In this document: positions 34,854-55,272 of the stretch, piece by piece
Numbering within the stretch: the first letter of the stretch is position 1
Layout of the letters: each line of letters begins with the position of its first letter
Source: Phaeosaccion multiseriatum
Taxonomy: Eukaryota; Protista; Ochrophyta, other classes
Direction of reading: 5' to 3'
DNA length: 64,000 bases
NCBI GenBank assembly: GCA_965112735.1
Contig: OZ218965.1
Span: 1,302,001-1,366,000 of the forward strand
The notes under the pieces: generated by a model
The model's input: only the letters and a program-made list of their open reading frames with translations
What the model was told of the DNA's origin: nothing
Database searches by the model: none
Position numbers and translations under genes: made by a program

Positions 34854-37800
34854 ATGGTGCGATTGAAGATTTCGACGATAGGCAAGCCGCATAAGCAGGC
34901 CACACCCCAACACGTTGCAGAGCTTAGGGCGGAGCTTAATGCCAACCGTCTGCACCGACAGCGCATACTGGAGCACCAAGGTGAGTAGGGGGGTTGGAGA
35001 GGGGGAGGGAGGAAGGCAGCCTGGGCCTCGGATCTGGCGCAGCCTCCTTCTGACCTCCCTCCCTCGGGCAATTACTCCTACCCCCAAACACACAACTCTT
35101 GAACGTCCTCTTCTTTTTCCCTCCTGTGCCTCTCCCTTCCCTGTCCACAGACTTCCTCAGCGACCGTACTCTGCACAGGTATGTGGTTATTGTCGCCGCT
35201 TCATCCCTTTTCTACCGTGCGATCGTACAATTCGCCAATCGGAGGCAGGGCCGGGGAGATGGGGATCTCGCACTCACCCTCACTCCACACTCTATCCGAC
35301 TCTCACCCCCACTCCTCCCACACACACCCTACCCTACTGAATTACTGCAACGTTCCCCCAATCCACAGGTTCATCACCGCCCGGAACGGAAACGTGGAGC
35401 AAGCCGCCCAGCTCCTCCTGAGAAGCTTGGAGTGGAGGGAGACGTACGGCATTTGCACGATCCTGGAGGAGGACTTTGCTGACCTAGAAGCCGCTCGGCT
35501 CATCTACTGGAGAGGCTTTGACCTCCTTGGCCACCCCGTGCTCGTGTGGAGGCCGAGTCGGCATGTTCCGGGCAAGTATGCACAGGACCGCATCGTGCGC
35601 TTCTTTTGCTATCAGTTGGAGAAGGGGTTTCGGGACTTTGCACCGGCGCATCAGTGTACCATGCTGCTGGACTGTAGAGGAATCAACAGGAGGTGAGGGA
35701 CAAGAGAGAGGGAGAGGGAGAGGGGGTAGAGACAGTGAGTAAGAGAGAGAGGGAGGAGAGGAGGAAGGAAGGAAGGAAGGAAGGAAGCACCAGTCCGTAT
35801 AGAACTGATGGATGGAATTTCCTCCTCTCTCTCTCGTCTTCTCTCTCCTCTGCCCGCCCATCATGCCCACAATACCCATATACCCGTCCACGGACTATAT
35901 TCCACAGGAATATGGACATGAAGCTGTTGCGCAAGGCCGCCCCCATCATCGAGAACAACTTTCCCGAGAGGCAGTTCGCCACGTACGTGACCCCGGTGGG
36001 TACCTCCATCATCCTGGCGTGGAAGATCATCGCCAGCTTCATCGACGAAGGCACCGCCTTCAAGGTAAGAGAGAGTCGCTTGTCCCTCCCGCCCTCTCTC
36101 TCTCTCTCTCCATGACTCTGCGCTGTCTGCATCTCTCTAACACTCTCTTTGACACTCCCTCGCTCTCTCTATGACTCTCTCGCCCTCTCTCTCTCTGACC
36201 CTCTATTTACCTCTTCTCTCTTCAGCTGTCGCCCGCCCTCACTTGTCCCCCTACGCCCCCCGTCCACTGCTTCCGCTTCTCTCCCTCCTCCCCTACCCTC
36301 TCACCCTTCCCTACCCACCCACATCTGGGCGAGAGGGTAGATTCGTCTCGTGCCAAGCCTGGAGCACCCTTTCCTTAGGGAGCACTTCTCCCCGGAAACC
36401 CTCCAGCGCCTCATGAGCCAAGAGGAGGAGGAGGAGGAGGAGGGGAAAGGGAGGGGAAGGCGGGAGGGGAAAGGGAGGGGGAAGCGGGAGGGGAAAGGGA
36501 GGGGGAAGAGGAAGGGGGGGGGGAAGGAGGAGGAGCAGGAGGAGGAGGGGAAGGGGAAGAGCCTCGTTAGCGAGGAGGAGGAGGAGGAGGAGGAGGAGAA
36601 GGAGAAGGGCGAGGGAAACGCGCTTCTTCCTCCACCGTACATGGAGCCGGACCCTCTCAGCCCCCGTCCGCGCCAGACTACTCAGACTACCACTGCGGTG
36701 GAGGCGCAGAAGGGGGGCGAAGGCGAAGGGGAAGAGGCAGGGGGTGGTGGAGGGAGTCTCGGCAGGATCAACGGAGGCAGCAGCCATTTCAGCAGAAGCA
36801 GCAGTAGTAGTATTCGTACTAGTAGTAGCAGTGTTCATATTGGTAGTAGCAGTAGCAACAATAGCAGCAGCAATTCCAAGGGTAGTGATTCCGACCAAAG
36901 TGAAGTCAGTGTGTTGCCTCGGCTGACACCGCCGCGACGGAGGAGGTTAACAGCCCAGCTTTCGCCAGGGGTAATGGCAGGAGGAGGACGACGAGGAGGA
37001 GGAGGAGGAGGAGGGGAGGGGGGGAAGGAGGAGGAGGGGGAGGAGTTACTAAGTCCAATGTTCCGCGATCGGGCTGGTAATGTGGAGGACGATAGTGGCA
37101 GCGTCAACAGCTGCGGAGGCATGAGCTACAGCAATCTTGTGACTGTGGAGCGGGCCGAAGAAGGAAGGGGGCAAAGTCTGAACTGGCCAATCGAAGTAAA
37201 AGTTGATGCTCCGAGTTGCATCATGGTGAAGGTAGCAGCAGGAGGAGGAGACGCACGTACCCTGCACACTGGAGGGGCCAGCACGGGCAGTAGCAGCACT
37301 GTGGGCACTGAGACACTGCCAAAGCCGAGGCCAAAGCCAATGCAAATGTCGACGTCGACTTCGATGGCAATGTCGAGGTCGATGATGATGTCGAAGCCGA
37401 CGGTTCCGGTTACAAGCAGCTCTGGTTCGGTTACTACAGCGGGCGCCGACTGGGACGAGCAGCAGCAGCAGGAGGAGGGGGAGGAGGAGAAGGAGGAGAA
37501 GGAGAAGGAGGGGGAAGGAGAGGACGACGAAGAGGAGGAGGACGAGGAAGATGAGGGAGAGGTTTGGTGGACTGATACATCCTTGGGCCTTGGCGGGGGG
37601 GAGGAGCAGCCGCAGCAGCTAGGGCAAGGGGCTCTATCGCTCGTGCCGGTCGTCGTCAAGAAGGAAGGAATGCTTCTCAAACAGAGGAACACGCTGCACA
37701 CACGGTGAGTGTGTGAGGGTAGGCGGGACGGGAGGAGTACCAACGCCACGGACTGAGTGACTGAGAGGCTGACTGGCTGACTGAGAGGCTGACTGACTGA

Positions 37801-40641
37801 CTGAGTGAGTGAGTGACTGACTGAGGGCTGCATTGCTGAAACCTACTGAGGTAAGAGGTTTAGTTCTCTCAGTAATGGACTCACTGACGGGCTTGTCACC
37901 CCTGCTGCTGGTCTCTTTTCTCTCTCTCTCTCTGTCCCTTCCTCTTTCCCGTTCTCTCTCCTCCTGCACAGATGGAACTATCGGTGGCGCTTCTTCACCC
38001 TCTGTGTGCAAGAGGGGCAGCACGTGCTCAAGTACAGTCTCTCGGAGCAGAAAAGGCTGCCTGAGAAGGTCGTCGAATTAAGGGGGGCACAGGTAAACAA
38101 GCGGGGAGAGGAAGGAAGGGATGGGAGGGAGGGAGGAGAGGGAGAAGAGGGAGGGAGAGGAAGGAGGAGAGGGAGGGAGAGAGGGAGGGAGAGAGGGAGG
38201 GAGGGAGGGAGGGAGGGAGGGAGGATGGCGGGATAGGGACGCGCATGGCGAACAGGGTGTACAAAGTTGGCTTGCACCTCTTCGCACTCAGTGCCTACTT
38301 TGCTCTGCTGTATCACCAACTACTGCTGCTGCTGCTGCTGCTGCTGTAACACCAAACTATTTTATATATCTATCTATCTCTCTATTTATCTCTGTGTGTA
38401 TACGTATGTATGTATGTAGGTGGCGCCCGGGCGCTTCAAGCAGGGGGGCCTTTACCCTTTCTCCATCCTGCCCGTGGAGGGGCCCATCGCCATGCTCGCC
38501 ACAGAGTCTGCCGTCCAAGCCAGGGACTGGGTCCACGTAAGTCAGCGACAGGGTAGAGGTATATGGGCAGGGCGAGGCAGGGAAGGACAGGTGGGGCGTC
38601 GGTACACGCTGATGAGAGGAATAAGAAGTGCGCTTCTTCTTCTTCGTGTTGCTCTGTCGTCTCCCCCCTCCTACCTCACTGCCTGCTGGCCTGCATTGCC
38701 TGTTTGCCGGCATGGCTGCGGGCCTGTCTGTCTACCTGCTTCTGCCTGCCTACGTGCTTTCTGCCTCCTGTCTCAATGCCCTTTGACGTGGCATTACCCC
38801 TCTCTCTCTTTCCCCATCTCTCTCCCTCCCTCCCTCCCCTCCCTCTCTCCCTCTCTCCCTCCCTCCTCTCCCCCCCTCTCTCTCTCCCTCTGCCCCCTCC
38901 CCCCCCCACTGCTTCTCTCTCGGTCTGATACTATAGGCGCTCACCGCAGCGGCCGAGGAAGGAGACGCGCCCTCATGGCCCATCTTAGCAGAGGAAGTGA
39001 GCAGCAGCAGAGGAAGTAGAGCAGGAGGAGACTCTCGGAGTTCCTTCTCGTCCCTCAGCCCCGCCCTCACACCCTCTGCTTACACCCCAGAAAGGCATCG
39101 GAGGAGGTGGGGAGGGCTGCGGCAGCGTGAGGCTGGAGCTGGAGGGGAGGGGGAGGGCAGGGCTGGCGACGGCGTGGATGTGGAGGGCAATGATACGTCG
39201 CTGAAACAGAGGTGCGTGGGTGGGTGGGTGGGTTAATAACCTCTCTCACTCTCTCTGACTTACTCACTGGCTCGTGCCCTCTGCCATGGTGCTCACTCAC
39301 GTTTCTCATACCCACTACCATTCATGCCATCCGTGTATCTGACACCAAGTACTCATACCCCTCCGTGCATCTGACCCCACATACTCATACCCACCACCAT
39401 TCATGCCATATCAGATACCTGGAGGTGCTGAGCGTTGTGCAGGCTCTGACAAGAAGCAATAAAGCGCCACCATCGGCCTCCGCCTCGGTTTCGCCCCCTC
39501 GGGTATCGCCCCCTCGGGTGCACAGGCACGTCTCCCCGGGGGGTGGTCAAAAGTCAACGAAGAGAGCCGCGCCTTTCGGGTAGGTACACCCCTCCTTCAC
39601 CTCCCTCCCTCCCTCTCTCCCTCCTTCCTTCCTTCCTTCCTTCCTTCCTCCCCTTTCGTGTTTTCCCTTTCTTTTTCGTCTCGTTTGTTCCTCTCACCCC
39701 CCCCCCCCCCACCCCACCCCACCCTCACTCTCCTGCTACCCCCCAAACACGCACGCGCACACGCACGCACGCACACGCAGAGAAAAGATTTCTCCTCGGC
39801 GAGTGGCGCTCTCCACCACGGGTCGCACCAGCAGCATCAGTCCTATGGGAAGGACGAGTAGGAGTCCTTTGGGTAGCAGCAGGGAGAACGTGGCCGAGGT
39901 GGTGCATCGAGAGCAGCTAGAGAGAGCAGCAGCAGCGGCAATAGCAGCAGCAACAGTTGGTGATACAGCACACTTGGCCCTCCTGGACAGTCCCAGCTGG
40001 CACAGCCCCAGCCACACTTACCCCCGCCGGAAAGAGAGCCTGCTGACAGAGAGCCCCCGGGAGGGTCGGAAGGACAGCCTGAAGGAGAGCCTGAAGGAGA
40101 GCCTGGAGGAGAGTGTAGGGTTGCTGTCGGGACAGCTTGTGGTCGCGGAGAGTGCGCTGGAGGAGGCACGGTCCCGACACCAAGCAGAGATGCAGGCGCT
40201 TAGGGACGAGGTGGAGGCGGAGAGGGCCCGCGCGGACGAGTTGAGAGTGGAGAACGATGCACAGCAGGTGGGTGGGCGGGTGCGTGGGTGGGTGGGTGCG
40301 TGAGTGGGTGGGTGAGTGAGTAGGTGGGTGAGTGGGTGGGTGAGTGGGTAGGTGGGTGGTGCGTGCGTGCGTGAGAGGGATTTGAGGTTGAGATTATCCT
40401 CTTCGCATAAAATTCGTCTTAGGCAAAGGGAGGAGGAATGAAGATAGCTGCTTTTGTTGTTGCTGCTGCCGCTGCTGCTGCTGCTACTGCTACTGTATGT
40501 AAACCTGACGCCCCGCCTTCTCTGCTACCCTCCCCCCCCCCGGGACCCCCTTCAGGCAGCGCTGGAGAGGACTGCTTTAGAGCTTCGAGAGGCCCTTCGG
40601 AGGAGGAAGAAGGGGAGAAAGAAGGATCGGAGGGGGAAGAG

Positions 40642-40672
<31 letters not shown>

Positions 40673-41703
40673 GCAGCAGCAGTTGGTGATACAGCAGCAG
40701 CAGTTGGTGATACAGCAGCGTCAGGGGTGGCCACGAGTAGTAGGAAGCAGCAAGTGCCATTTGTGACAGCAGCGCGGGAGACGGAGGAGGAGTGGGGAGG
40801 AGGAAGGCAGGTGGAGGACGAGGAGGACGAGGAAGATGAGGAGGAGGAAGATGAGGAGGAGGAAGCCCCCCAGATGCTCAACACCGAGAAGATGTGGGTC
40901 AGAGCCGCCCGCCCGGCCTTGCAGGTGAAGTGAAGTGAAGTGAAGTGCGATAAGGAGGGTGGATAGGGTGGTCTCGAATTGAACTGGAGTGGGCCAACTG
41001 GAGTGGGCCAACTGGAGTGGGCCAAGGAAAAGGAGAGGAGAGGAGAGTATCAACCAACAACAAGACAGCAAGATTCGTTGCGAGAGGGGCAAAAAGACAA
41101 CACAACGCAGAAAGAACAAAAAAAAAAAACTGGGGGGAGGAAGAGGAGGGGAGGGAACGTCGTTCGGTACACGACTCAATCTTTTAAGCTTTTCGCTGTC
41201 TGCTCTCTTCCTCCTCCTCCTCCTCCTCCTCCTTGTTGGCCCCACCCCACCCCACCCACCCACAGGTCGCCCGATCTCTGCACGCATCTCTGCACGGGAC
41301 TCCTCATCACGCGGTGGCGCCTGCTTCTCAGGTCCCCCGGTGGGCAGTCCCGGGGAGAGCAAGGGCGGGGGTGACGCTTGAAGACTGGGCGCTGGAGGCA
41401 GCGGAGTTGCAGATGGTGAATCTTGAGGCCTTTACAAATGGCGACCACGACAGACTCGAGTTCTTGACCCTCGTGCTGGCCCTGCTCAGGCGGCACGTGT
41501 GCTCCGTCCTGGGCAGGGAGGAGCAGGAGGAGGAGGAGGAGGAGGAGGTAGGCAGCAGCAGCAAGCTCGGCCTGCGTGTGGGTGGGGGTGCGGGTACGAG
41601 CTGGGTCCTGACACCTGCTGAGGAGCGGCGCTTCGGATACATCATCTCGGGAAAGCCCTTCACAGTGTGCGACCTCGTGGCGGAGATTGAGGCTCTCTCT
41701 TGA
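34854..41703 (+). CDS. CRAL-TRIO (Sec14-like) + PH domain + coiled-coil protein, multi-exon
   Basis: CRAL-TRIO: DFLSDRTLHRFITARNGNVEQAAQLLLRSLEWR...GFDLLGHPVLVWRP...LLDCRG...IIENNFPER...WKIIASFIDEGTAFK. PH: KKEGMLLKQRNTLHTRWNYRWRFFTL...ARDWVHAL. Linkage of the distal exons to the stop at 41703 is inferred. Confidence 0.8.
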
Positions 41704-42160
41704 GAGGGGGACACCCAACCAAGACCACTAGACACCCAACCAAGACCACTAGATTTCACGCGCGGTCAAATGGTTTTCGGCTGTTGGATTTTGATTGATT
41801 TGTTGATTTGTTTCCTCTTCTCTCCTCACAGGAGGGAGAGGAGGGCGTGTGATGGGGGGGGGGAGAAGGCGAAGGCTTTTCCACAGTGGTAGTCTCTGCG
41901 GTGCAGGAGAGTGGAGCAGGCATAAGAGGAGCGGGGAGAGATGTCTACCGTCTTGTTCCTGGCGGCCGAAAGGCACTCCGATGTGATGTATGCGCCCCCC
42001 CCCCCCTCCCCTCCGATCTCTTGTACTTTATAAGCATCCCACCCAATTTGGAAGTCAGCCAGTTGGTGATACAGCAGGGAACGCCTGTCTTGGCGTGTCT
42101 TGGCGTGGAGAGGGTCGAGGGAGTAGAGAGGAGAGAGGACCCACCCCGGCAAGTAAGCAG

Positions 42161-42281
42161 CATCACGAGCTGGTGATACAGCAGCAGTTGTGATACAGCA
42201 TCACGAGCTGGTGATACAGCAGCAGTTGTGATACAGCATCACGAGCTGGTGATACAGCAGCAGTTGTGATACAGCATCACG
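42161..42281. repeat. 38-bp tandem repeat x3 built from the dispersed GGTGATACAG motif
   Basis: Unit CATCACGAGCTGGTGATACAGCAGCAGTTGTGATACAG, upstream of the FNIP-like gene. Confidence 0.9.
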
Positions 42282-42519
42282 TGCCGGCGCACTGAGCGAG
42301 CTCGTCGCGGCTGTGGTGCTTGTGGGGCGGCGTGTGACACGGCAGGCTGTGGCTGTCCATCTGCATCTGCCGCCCCTCCTGCTGTCCACGGGCCAGGGCC
42401 TTCATGATCGGTGACGTGCTCTCTTGTGAATAAATACCCTTCCGCACTTACAATCATTTTCAATTTCTTTCTTCCTTTTCATCACTATATATTTCCACTG
42501 ACCGCCGTAGGAAGGAGCA

Positions 42520-44748
42520 ATGGGGGGAACCATGCAGAAGGGAAGTTTGGCAGAGGAAGGACAGTCTCGAGAAGCAATGCCTGAGCCCAAGTCGGCGAGA
42601 GCGGCTTTGAGAACAGTGGCGAGCCTAACTTCGGACAAGGCTTTGTGGGGAGTGTGCAGGGAGGTCGATGAGGGCACCTCCCGCATGTTGGTGATCAGCG
42701 GCGCCATGCCTGAGTGTGTACAGCTTCGTGTGCTGAGTATGCTGAGGCAGCAGAAGGGAGAAGAGGAGAGGTGTTGTCCTCCAGCATCCTCGTTACCCGA
42801 AGGAACGGGTGCCGCTGCTGCGGCTGAGGTGACAAGGCCAGCTATGGAGGGGGCTCGAAGGTCTGGGGGTATGCGGGCGATGCAGGAAGAGCGGCAGGAC
42901 GAGCAGGGTGAAGTTGCATTAGGGTCGTTTCGGGTGGAGGCTGTGCGACTTGGGCTCGGGTACGAGGATCCAGAAGACGAGGACATGAAATCTGCAGACG
43001 AGGCCCTCGTCACGAAAGCACTGGCTATGTTGCCACCATCAGTGAAGCGTGTGGTCTTCTCCGACTTTTTCCATCAGGCCGCCGTAGCTCTACCTTGCAC
43101 AGTGGAGGAGGTGAAGATGGGGGAGCGCTTTAACCTCCCCCTGGATCTGCCTGCCTCGCTGAAGAAGATCACATTTGGCCATCACTTCAATCAGCACGTG
43201 GTCCTTCCTTGTGGTATGGAGGAGGTGGAGATGGGGATTGCTTTTGACCTCCCTCTGGACCTTCCTGCCTCGCTGAAGAAAATCACATTTGGCCGTCGCT
43301 TCAATCAGCACGTGGTCCTTCCTTGTGGTGTAGAGGAGGTAGAGATAGGGCGTGACTTTACCCTCCCTCTGGACCTGCCTGCCTCGCTGAAGAAGATCAA
43401 ATTTGGGGACTGCTCAAGGTTCAATCAGCACGTGGACCTTCCTTGTGGTGTGGAGGAGGTGGAGATGGGGCACGACTTTAACCTCCCTCTGGACCCGCTG
43501 CCTGCCTCGCTGAAGAAGATCAATTTTGGCCTTCACTTCAATCAGCACGTGGTCCTTCCTTGTGGTGTGGAGGAGGTAGAGATAGGGCGTGACTTTACCC
43601 TCCCTCTGGACCTGCCTGCCTCGCTAAAGAGGATAAAATTTGGGGACTGCTCAAGGTTCAATCAGCACGTGGACCTCCCTTATGGTATGGAGGAGGTGCA
43701 GATGGGGCTTGCCTTTAACCTCCCTCTGGACCTGCCTACCTCTCTGAAGAAGATCACATTTGGCAATCGCTTCAATCAGCACGTGGTTCTTCCTTGTGGT
43801 GTGGAGGAGGTGGCGATGGGTCATGACTTTAACCTCCCTCTGGATCTCCCTGTCTCGCTGAAGAGGATGAAACTTGCGTTCTGCTCAAAGTTCAATCAGC
43901 GCGTGGACCTTCCTTGTGGCGTAGAGGAGGTGGTCATGGGAATTCACTTCAACCTCCCTCTGGACCTGCCTGCCTCGCTGAAGAAGGTTGCATTTGGCTT
44001 TAGCTTCAATCAGCACGTGGTTCTTCCTTGTGGTGTGGAGGAGGTGGACATGGGGTCTAAATTTAACCTCCCTCTGGACCTGCCTGCGTCTCTGAAGAAG
44101 ATCATATTTGGCCATTGCTTCAATCAGCACGTGGTTCTTCCTTGTGGTATGGAGGAGGTGAGGATGGGGCGTGACTTTAACCTCCCTCTGGACCTGCCTG
44201 CCTCGCTGAAGAAGATCACATGTTACGAGTACTCGAAGTTCAATCAGCACGTAGTTCTTCCTTGTGGTGTGGAAGAGCTGCAGATGTGGGATGCCTTTAC
44301 CCTCCCTCTGGTCCTGCCTGCCTCGCTGAAGAAGATCATTTTTGGCGCAAGTTTCAACCAGCACGTGGTCCTGCCTGCCTCGCTGAAGAAGGTCATTTTT
44401 GGCTCAAGTTTCAATCAGCACGTGGTCCTTCCGTGCGGTGTGGAGGAGGTGGAGATGGGATGTAACTTTACCCTCCCTCTGGAGCTTCCTGCCTCTCTGA
44501 AGAAGATCAAGTTTGGCAGCAAGTTCAATCAGCCGTTGGTCCTTCCTTGTGGTGTGGAGGAGGTGGAGATGGGGTGGAGCTTTGACCTCCCTCTGGACCT
44601 CCCGGCTTCTCTCCGGACTCTGCGGCTGGGACGGACTTACGCTCTGCCTTTGGAGAGCCTACCTGCTGGCCTGAGGGAGCTCAAAGTTGGAGGGAAATGT
44701 CGGTTGCCTGCAGCTCTACCCGAGGGGGTGAAGCTCTTTCGCTACTAA
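42520..44748 (+). CDS. Intronless FNIP-repeat/LRR-like protein (742 aa, ~29 short repeats)
   Basis: Alternating 19-21 aa units LPASLKKIxFGxxFNQHVV and LPCGVEEVxMGxxFNLPLD, resembling the FNIP consensus (LPxSLxxLxFGxxFNQP). Confidence 0.88.
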   Translation: MGGTMQKGSLAEEGQSREAMPEPKSARAALRTVASLTSDKALWGVCREVDEGTSRMLVISGAMPECVQLRVLSMLRQQKGEEERCCPPASSLPEGTGAAAAAEVTRPAMEGARRSGGMRAMQEERQDEQGEVALGSFRVEAVRLGLGYEDPEDEDMKSADEALVTKALAMLPPSVKRVVFSDFFHQAAVALPCTVEEVKMGERFNLPLDLPASLKKITFGHHFNQHVVLPCGMEEVEMGIAFDLPLDLPASLKKITFGRRFNQHVVLPCGVEEVEIGRDFTLPLDLPASLKKIKFGDCSRFNQHVDLPCGVEEVEMGHDFNLPLDPLPASLKKINFGLHFNQHVVLPCGVEEVEIGRDFTLPLDLPASLKRIKFGDCSRFNQHVDLPYGMEEVQMGLAFNLPLDLPTSLKKITFGNRFNQHVVLPCGVEEVAMGHDFNLPLDLPVSLKRMKLAFCSKFNQRVDLPCGVEEVVMGIHFNLPLDLPASLKKVAFGFSFNQHVVLPCGVEEVDMGSKFNLPLDLPASLKKIIFGHCFNQHVVLPCGMEEVRMGRDFNLPLDLPASLKKITCYEYSKFNQHVVLPCGVEELQMWDAFTLPLVLPASLKKIIFGASFNQHVVLPASLKKVIFGSSFNQHVVLPCGVEEVEMGCNFTLPLELPASLKKIKFGSKFNQPLVLPCGVEEVEMGWSFDLPLDLPASLRTLRLGRTYALPLESLPAGLRELKVGGKCRLPAALPEGVKLFRY

Positions 44749-44865
44749 GAAGGATGATGCGACTCGGCTGAGGACGGTGAGAGGAAGAGGACGACAGCGG
44801 TAGAAGGACAGGGCCGAGAAGAAGAGGAGGGGAGGAGGGCTTTGGGACTGGGCCCCGCCCCACCA

Positions 44866-45227
44866 CACACAGTCACCACTTGTCCTAGGGAATCGATCTG
44901 TCGGCGTACATGGCACAAACAAAACACTGTCCTTGTTGCTGACCTGGCCCCTCTCAGACTTGTCCATCAGACCCGTTCACTTCAGTACACTTTCAGTCCG
45001 GGCCCGCACTGACCCTGACCCTGACCCTGACCCTGACCCTGACCCTGACCCTGACCCTGACCCTGGTGTCCCTGACCCTGACCCTGACCCTGACCCTGAC
45101 CCTGACCCTGACCCTGACCCTGACCCTGACTCTGCCCCTGACCACTGCACCCCTCCTCTTGCCACCTCGCCGCCTCCTCCCTGTCCACGTCCACTGACCA
45201 GTTCGTCGAAGCTTGGATACACGTCAT
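44866..45227 (-). pseudogene. Duplicated exon-end plus intron fragment of the DUF885 gene
   Basis: Near-identical to ~52522-53027, including DDVYPSFDEL|GTCAGT and a shorter (CCCTGA)n tract. Confidence 0.85.
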
Positions 45228-45259
45228 CGCTTTGAGTCGACACAGGCCTGGCGATAACT

Positions 45260-45407
45260 GGAGCAGGTCCTTCTGTAACGATTGAAGCAGGTCCTTCTGT
45301 AACGATTGAAGCAGGTCCTTCTGTAACGATTGAAGCAGGTTGTTCTGTAACGATTGGAGCAGGTCCTTCTGTAACGATTGAAGCAGGTCCTTCTGTAACG
45401 ATTGGAG
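45260..45407. repeat. 24-bp minisatellite x6
   Basis: Unit G(A/G)AGCAGGTCCTTCTGTAACGATT, with no spacers. Confidence 0.95.
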
Positions 45408-45794
45408 GTGATGGGTGTTAGCGCTGGCGCTGCTTCTTCTCCTCGAAGCGGCACATGTGCCATTATTGAAAGGGATGGCAGTGAATGTACGCCCTTAGAA
45501 AAGGATGGCACTAAATGTCTAGCCTTCAGAAGGGGTGGGCATATGAATGTATATACATGTTAGAAGCATACGATACGCCGCAGTGCTGTACTTGCCCGCC
45601 AGGGGAAAGCCGCTCTACTCACTCCTTGTACAATTCTTCCATCACTGTCACTGACCACTGGCCAGTGGACCTTGGTACTACAATGCTTCCATCACTGTCA
45701 CTGATCACTGGCCAGTGGACCAAGCTAGACAACGCAGCGTTGGTGCGTGCGTGAACAACAGAGGGACACCCCCCCCCTCTTCACGGAGACTCTC

Positions 45795-45829
<35 letters not shown>

Positions 45830-45855
45830 TTTCGTTGCCTTGCTGTCCGAGGTGG

Positions 45856-54993
<9,138 letters not shown>

Positions 54994-55272
54994 GGCCGAT
55001 GCTCCCTCCCCTTGCGCTCCTCTCTCCTCTGTTCCTCGCTGTACTACAGCTTTTTCTTCTTCTACGTATTCTGCTTCTGGTATTGACTCTGTATGGCAGG
55101 GAAAGGGAGAAAGAGAGGAGAAGAATAAGAAAGAGAAAGGAATCAAAGGAAAGGAGCCAATTGTGAGTAGGGGTGTTGGTCCTTCCCAGTTGGTCCGATT
55201 TGGACCGACCCCCAACGGGCCCATAGTGTGCGGCTGGTCTTCGTGGCCCAGCAGAGGGCTGGCTGGTAGAGG

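Noticed and set aside
45260-45407. 24-bp repeats, and the ~84-bp repeats at 46767-47418, as a possible CRISPR array
   Set aside because: There are no unique spacers and no cas genes, and the context is eukaryotic. They are plain minisatellites.
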